From Candidatus Marinacidobacterales bacterium (GTDB lineage: Bacteria; Acidobacteriota; Vicinamibacteria; Marinacidobacterales; SMYC01): DNA of 64,000 nt. Both the position numbers and the translations under genes were made by a program. Below, in pieces: positions 59,346 through 64,000 of this stretch; the first letter of the stretch is position 1, and every line of letters begins with the position of its first letter. The stretch covers positions 320,001 to 384,000 of the forward strand of contig CBDCYI010000009.1 in assembly GCA_965224085.1 (NCBI GenBank). The letters are read 5' to 3'. The notes under the pieces were generated by a model. It saw only the letters and a program-made list of their open reading frames with translations, had not been told where the DNA came from and did not search any database.

Positions 59346-59774
59346 ATGGCCAACCAACCAACGCGCGCAACGCGCAACATGAACGCCAACGAGGGACGAA
59401 TCATCCGGGTGGAGCGTCTGTTTGGGAGGCTCGAAAAACGGATCGAGCGGCTCGAGATGCAAAACGCGACTCTTAAGGCTGAAGTCGCGAAAGGAGGGCC
59501 GAAGATCGGCCCTCAAAAGATCGCGCAGCTCGTAAAGCAAAATGCCAACTTGAAAGCCGAGATCTCGAAGCTTCGCGCTAGAGTCGACCAGAACGCGAAA
59601 GACAACAAGCAAAACGCCAGCACCATCACACGTCTCGATGGTCTCACTGAACCCGTGAAGGCGCTCGTGCGCAGCTTCAAGCAAACGCCTGGCGCCCCGT
59701 TTGCCGTGTGGACGATGTGGATGGTTTCGACTTTCAGAAAGCAAGGCGTTTACCGCAAGCAGATTTTCCGATAG
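59346..59774 (+). CDS. hypothetical coiled-coil protein
   Basis: Strong AGGAGG RBS; duplicated QNAxLKAE heptad segment. Confidence 0.6.
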   Translation: MANQPTRATRNMNANEGRIIRVERLFGRLEKRIERLEMQNATLKAEVAKGGPKIGPQKIAQLVKQNANLKAEISKLRARVDQNAKDNKQNASTITRLDGLTEPVKALVRSFKQTPGAPFAVWTMWMVSTFRKQGVYRKQIFR

Positions 59775-59959
59775 TTCACGCAACGTTGTTGACTCTTTCC
59801 CTTCACCCATTTAGATTGACGCGGGCTCAACGCCGCCCCCGGTCAAGAAGGGCCGAACCACGCGGATTCGCATCGAGGAGACTTACACCGATCCCAGCCG
59901 CTACGGTTTGGTGGGTGAGAGGCTCGTTTGGCGTCGAAGCTTCGGGCGATCCTACAACG

Positions 59960-60921
59960 ACATCGTGCTTCCCGAAGGTTGGTTTTCGGATGTCTTTCTA
60001 TCGCGCTTTCGGGTTTCGCGCAAAAAACACGCGAAGTACCCCACGACATTTCGGAAGACGAGCTCAGCGAAAGTATGCTCGAAAACCTCCGGGGCTTAGG
60101 CCTCAGGCCGCGACAGAGCGAAGGCTGCCTTCACTGTCACGTCGGAGACATGGAGCAGCCGTCCGATTCCTGGGATTGGGCGTCGGATGCGAAGCCCGCT
60201 AAACGCAAGGCGCGGACGTTGATGGCGATGGTTCGGGAAATCAACGCTCAGCACTTGGAGAAGCTCGAGACACGCTTCGAGCCCCCCATGCGTGTTACGT
60301 GCTACACGTGCTACGCTGGGCGCATCGATCCGCGGCCGCTTCCGGATGTCCTCGCCGCCGCGTGCACGGACGGCGGGATCGAGAGCGCGACAGCTCGCTA
60401 CCGGAGCTGCGCGAGCGTTATTTTGGAGGGGACGCTACGATTTTCGCGTCAGCGTTCTTGTGGATGTCGCGTACGGGATGGCGCGGCGCGGCGCGTTCGA
60501 CGACGCCGTAACGCTCGCGGAGCTCAATGCTGAAGTCCATCCGACGGAGCCAGAGGCGCGAACCGTTTGGCTTCAGCTTCGCCTCGTGCGTACGGACGCC
60601 GCATCAGGAATCACGGCGGCGCTCAACGAGTTCGATCGTTGGGTGCGTGGTCCTGTGTCTGAAAGTATCGACCCGGTGCTTCTCGACGGGCTCGGGTGTG
60701 GGCTCCATCGTCGAGAGCGTCAGGACGATGCGCTCACCGTGTTCCGGCGCAACCATCAGCAATTTCCCGGGGAGTACATCCCGAACGAGAGCCTGGCCGA
60801 TGCGTTGTGGGATCGTGGAGAGCGCGAGACGGCTATCGAGATGTTCGAAGCCTGGCTCGACCAGCATCCCAATCACGCTATGGCGCGCCGTCGTGTCGCG
60901 ACGCTCGAGAGCCGCCTTTGA
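59960..60921 (+). pseudogene. c-type cytochrome (reaction-centre cytochrome c family-like) with TPR tail, frameshifted
   Basis: CLHCH, WASDAKPAKRKAR, VTCYTCY (second CxxCH altered), TPR-like ESLADAL; frame switch near 60300-60440. Confidence 0.7.
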
Positions 60922-60961
60922 TCTTGGCACAACCCGCCCCGGAGCCGTTAAGATACGGCGC

Positions 60962-61840
60962 ATGAAAAGCCTATTTACGCTCCTGCTATCGATCTGCCCA
61001 ACACTCGCTCTCGCCCAAGATCCTGTCCGGGTCTTCATCTCCGTCGATATGGAGGGTATCAGCGGCATCGCGCACTCCGAAATGACGGGAGCGAGCGGTG
61101 CCGAGTACGGGCGCGGGCGGGCGTTCATGGTCGCGGATGTAAACGCGGCGATCGAAGGCGCGCGAGAGGCCGGTGCCATCGACTTCCTCGTGAACGACTC
61201 ACACGGAAGCATGCGGAACGTGAAGATCGAGGAGCTTCTGCCGCCCGCTAGGCTCATCAGCAACAACTCGAAAGCGCTCGGCATGATGGAAGGGATAAGC
61301 TCCGACTTCGACGCGGTTTTCTTCATCGGCTATCACTCGATGGAGGGACAGCCGGGGCTTTTCGCCCATACAGGCTCGGGCGGGAAAGTCGCCGATATCA
61401 GCGTCAATGGGCGTTCGATGAGTGAAGGTGGTATGAACGCACGCGTCGCGGGGAGCTTTGGTGTCCCCGTCGCGTTGGCCACAGGTGACGAAGCGTTCAC
61501 GAAAGAGATCAAGGGGCTGGTCGATGGCGACATCGAGACGGTAGCCGTGAAGCGCCACATCCGACGCCGCACGGCTGAGCTTCTTCATCCAGAGGAGGCA
61601 CAACAACGAATCCGTGAAGGCGCGCGACGCGCCATCGAGCGACTCTCGTCCTTTCAGCCGACGCGACCGCACGAGCCTGTCTCCGTGGCCATCACCTACA
61701 AGAGCCCTGATCTCGCGGACATCGCCGCTGTTTTGCCGACCGTCGAGCGGACCGCTCACTACGCGGTCACCTTCGAATCCTCGAACTACGTGCACGCGTA
61801 CAAGATGATTCGCGTTCTCTACCGCAATCTCTCCGAGTAA
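60962..61840 (+). CDS. M55 family D-aminopeptidase (DppA-like)
   Basis: FISVDMEGISG, VNDSHG, FIGYHS, AHT. Confidence 0.92.
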   Translation: MKSLFTLLLSICPTLALAQDPVRVFISVDMEGISGIAHSEMTGASGAEYGRGRAFMVADVNAAIEGAREAGAIDFLVNDSHGSMRNVKIEELLPPARLISNNSKALGMMEGISSDFDAVFFIGYHSMEGQPGLFAHTGSGGKVADISVNGRSMSEGGMNARVAGSFGVPVALATGDEAFTKEIKGLVDGDIETVAVKRHIRRRTAELLHPEEAQQRIREGARRAIERLSSFQPTRPHEPVSVAITYKSPDLADIAAVLPTVERTAHYAVTFESSNYVHAYKMIRVLYRNLSE

Positions 61841-61882
61841 CCACGCTCGCGCGAAAGAGGTCGATCGCAGTAGTCTACGGTT

Positions 61883-62539
61883 ATGCGCTTCAGGCTCGCT
61901 GGTTTCCCCGTCGAGATTCACCCGTCTTTTTTCATCCTCGCCGTGCTTTTGGGGCTCGGGGCCGGCGACCTCCGCCTCATCCTTCTCTGGGTCGTGGTCG
62001 TGTTGGTGTCGATCCTCGTTCACGAGCTCGGCCACGCGATGGTCGGCCGCTCCTTCGGCCTTCAGCCCCAGATACGCCTTTACTCTATGGGGGGCGTGAC
62101 GTCCTGGAGCTCCGGCCGCCGCCTGACGCCTCGCCAGAGCATCCTCATAAGCCTTGCCGGTCCGGCCGCTGGACTCGCTCTCGGTGGGATCGTCTACGGA
62201 TTCAGCGTGCTCGAGCCCATCGAGCTTACACCGATGGGGGGCTTCGTCGTTCTCCAACTCCTCTGGGTCAATATCATCTGGAGCATTCTGAACCTCATGC
62301 CAATCGTGCCGCTCGACGGCGGCAACGTCATGCGCTCGGTCGTATACATGTTTCGGGGCCGACGAGACGAGCGGACGCCAGCAATGGTCTCGATGGTCAT
62401 CGCCGCGGCTCTTTTTGCGCTCGCCTTATCGACCGGGAGGACCTTCGGAGCGATGATGGCCGCCTGGCTCGGTTACGCGAACTACCAGACGTTCACAGGG
62501 CAGGCTTACGGCGCGAGTTTTCCCGGCATGAGCCGCTAG
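61883..62539 (+). CDS. site-2 protease (M50)
   Basis: HELGH, ISLAGP, NLMPIVPLDGG. Confidence 0.92.
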   Translation: MRFRLAGFPVEIHPSFFILAVLLGLGAGDLRLILLWVVVVLVSILVHELGHAMVGRSFGLQPQIRLYSMGGVTSWSSGRRLTPRQSILISLAGPAAGLALGGIVYGFSVLEPIELTPMGGFVVLQLLWVNIIWSILNLMPIVPLDGGNVMRSVVYMFRGRRDERTPAMVSMVIAAALFALALSTGRTFGAMMAAWLGYANYQTFTGQAYGASFPGMSR

Positions 62540-62557
62540 GGCGTTGTCTCAAAGACT

Positions 62558-63168
62558 ATGCCTCTCGAGTTCGGGACGAAGCTAGGCACTTACGTAATCC
62601 AGGCGGCGATCGGCACCGGAGGCATGGGAGCGGTCTACCGCGCCAAGGATACGAAGCTGGGGCGAGAGGTCGCGATCGTCGATCTCGAAGACGGATCCGA
62701 GCCCGTTCCCGCCGCCAAAACGCCCTTCGAGGAAGACTCGCCGCACTTCTCTCGGGACAGTGCGTGGCTCGCCTACCGCTCCTACGCCTCCGGACGGTCG
62801 GAGATCTACGTGCAACGTGTCGCCGATGGGACGGGCCGCGTGAAGGTCTCCTCGAACGGCGGTACGACCCCGGGATGGTCGCCGATAAACGACGAGCTCT
62901 ACTACATCGCGGAAGACACGATCATGGCGCTCGGCTACCGTGTCGGCGGCGGCGAGTTTCACGCCGACACCCCGCACGCTCTCGTAAAATTGCCGGAAGG
63001 TCACTGACCGCGTACAATCTGTCTTCGGCCGGACGCACGCTCGAAGTCTCTCCCGACGGCAAGCGCTTCTTGCTCGCCGTCGAAACCGGCGAAGATCCTT
63101 CACCAACGGAGCTGCACGTAAAGACGAACTGGGTCGAGGAATTGAAACGGCTGACGGACTCGAACTGA
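62558..63168 (+). pseudogene. Ser/Thr kinase-PD40 protein with near-total internal deletion
   Basis: GTKLGTYVI...GTGGMGAVYRAKDTKLGREVAI joined directly to the last PD40 repeats; frameshifted VSPDGKRFL...NWVEELKR tail. Confidence 0.85.
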
Positions 63169-63185
63169 GGACCAACGATTTCACC

Positions 63186-64000
63186 ATGCGCGCGATGGTT
63201 CTCGAGGAACAGGGTCGACCTCTCGTCATGCGAGAGATCGAAACACCTCGCCCCGGTCCTCACGAGATTCTAGTGAAAGTGAGCGCGTGCGGCGTGTGTC
63301 GCACCGATCTTCACGTTCTCGACGGAGATCTGCGCGAGCCGAAGCTTCCTCTCGTGCTGGGCCACGAGATCGTCGGTACGGTGGCCGCGCTCGGAGCTGA
63401 AGTCGATGGTTACGATCTTGGCGGGCGGGTCGGTGTGCCATGGCTCGGCAAGACCTGCGGCCGATGTCCGTTCTGCCAGAGAAACGAAGAGAACCTGTGC
63501 GACGAGCCGTCTTTCACCGGATATCTCATCGATGGCGGCTATGCCGAGTACGTGGTCGCCGACGCGCAGTTCTGCTTTCCCGTTCACGGCGATTACTCCG
63601 ACGTCGAGGCAGCGCCCCTTCTTTGCGCTGGGCTGATCGGCTATCGATCGCTACGGATGGCTTCAGACGCCGAGCGTCTCGGCATCTATGGCTTCGGCGC
63701 CGCGGCTCACATCATCGCGCAAGTAGCGCGGCACGAGGGCCGCGACGTCTACGCGTTCACGCGCCCGGGCGACGGCGAGGGGCAGCAGTTTGCCAGAGAC
63801 CTGGGCGCGGTCTGGGCGGGCGATTCGACGACGTTCCCGCCGGTTGCGCTCGATGCGGCACTTCTGTTTGCCCCCGTCGGCGCGCTCGTTCCGGCCGCAC
63901 TGGCCGCCGTCAGGAAAGGCGGCATCGTCGTGTGCGCCGGAATCCACATGAGCGACATCCCGAACTTCCCTTACTCCATTTTGTGGGGTGAGCGCGTCGT
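63186..64000 (+). CDS. zinc-dependent alcohol dehydrogenase (AdhP-like), 3'-partial
   Basis: ATG 63186: CGVCRTDLH, GHEIVG, CGRCPFC...NLC, APLLCAGLIGY, GFGAAA; runs off the window. Confidence 0.92.
   Translation, partial: MRAMVLEEQGRPLVMREIETPRPGPHEILVKVSACGVCRTDLHVLDGDLREPKLPLVLGHEIVGTVAALGAEVDGYDLGGRVGVPWLGKTCGRCPFCQRNEENLCDEPSFTGYLIDGGYAEYVVADAQFCFPVHGDYSDVEAAPLLCAGLIGYRSLRMASDAERLGIYGFGAAAHIIAQVARHEGRDVYAFTRPGDGEGQQFARDLGAVWAGDSTTFPPVALDAALLFAPVGALVPAALAAVRKGGIVVCAGIHMSDIPNFPYSILWGERV

Overview
A GC-rich bacterial chromosomal window. The gene repertoire (S9/M28/M55 peptidases, PD40 and PQQ-like propellers, DUF4159, kinase-PD40 proteins) suggests Acidobacteriota/Vicinamibacteria, but this is inference. 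Intact genes include a receiver-PPDK_N protein, most of an aerobic anthranilate-CoA (abm) operon, a Na+/solute symporter, lepA-hemW-MATE/ANKH-like, a UbiD decarboxylase and several peptidases and oxidoreductases. Roughly 25-30 accessory genes are broken, mostly by clean internal or inter-gene deletions, which points to ongoing genome erosion or to assembly artefacts. Mobile and defence content comprises an IS200/IS605 element, two tandem AbiE type IV TA modules with perfect palindromic operators, and a DUF4258/YgiT-type TA pair next to an attC-like site. Best candidates for novelty: (1) an unannotated 130-aa putative selenoprotein with an in-frame TGA and a bacterial SECIS-like hairpin (44577-44969); (2) a Clp1-like/RNase Z-like fusion split only by one in-frame TGA; (3) an RRM gene apparently initiated at ATT. 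No rRNA, tRNA or CRISPR array was recognised. All family calls come from motif recognition by eye, not database searches.
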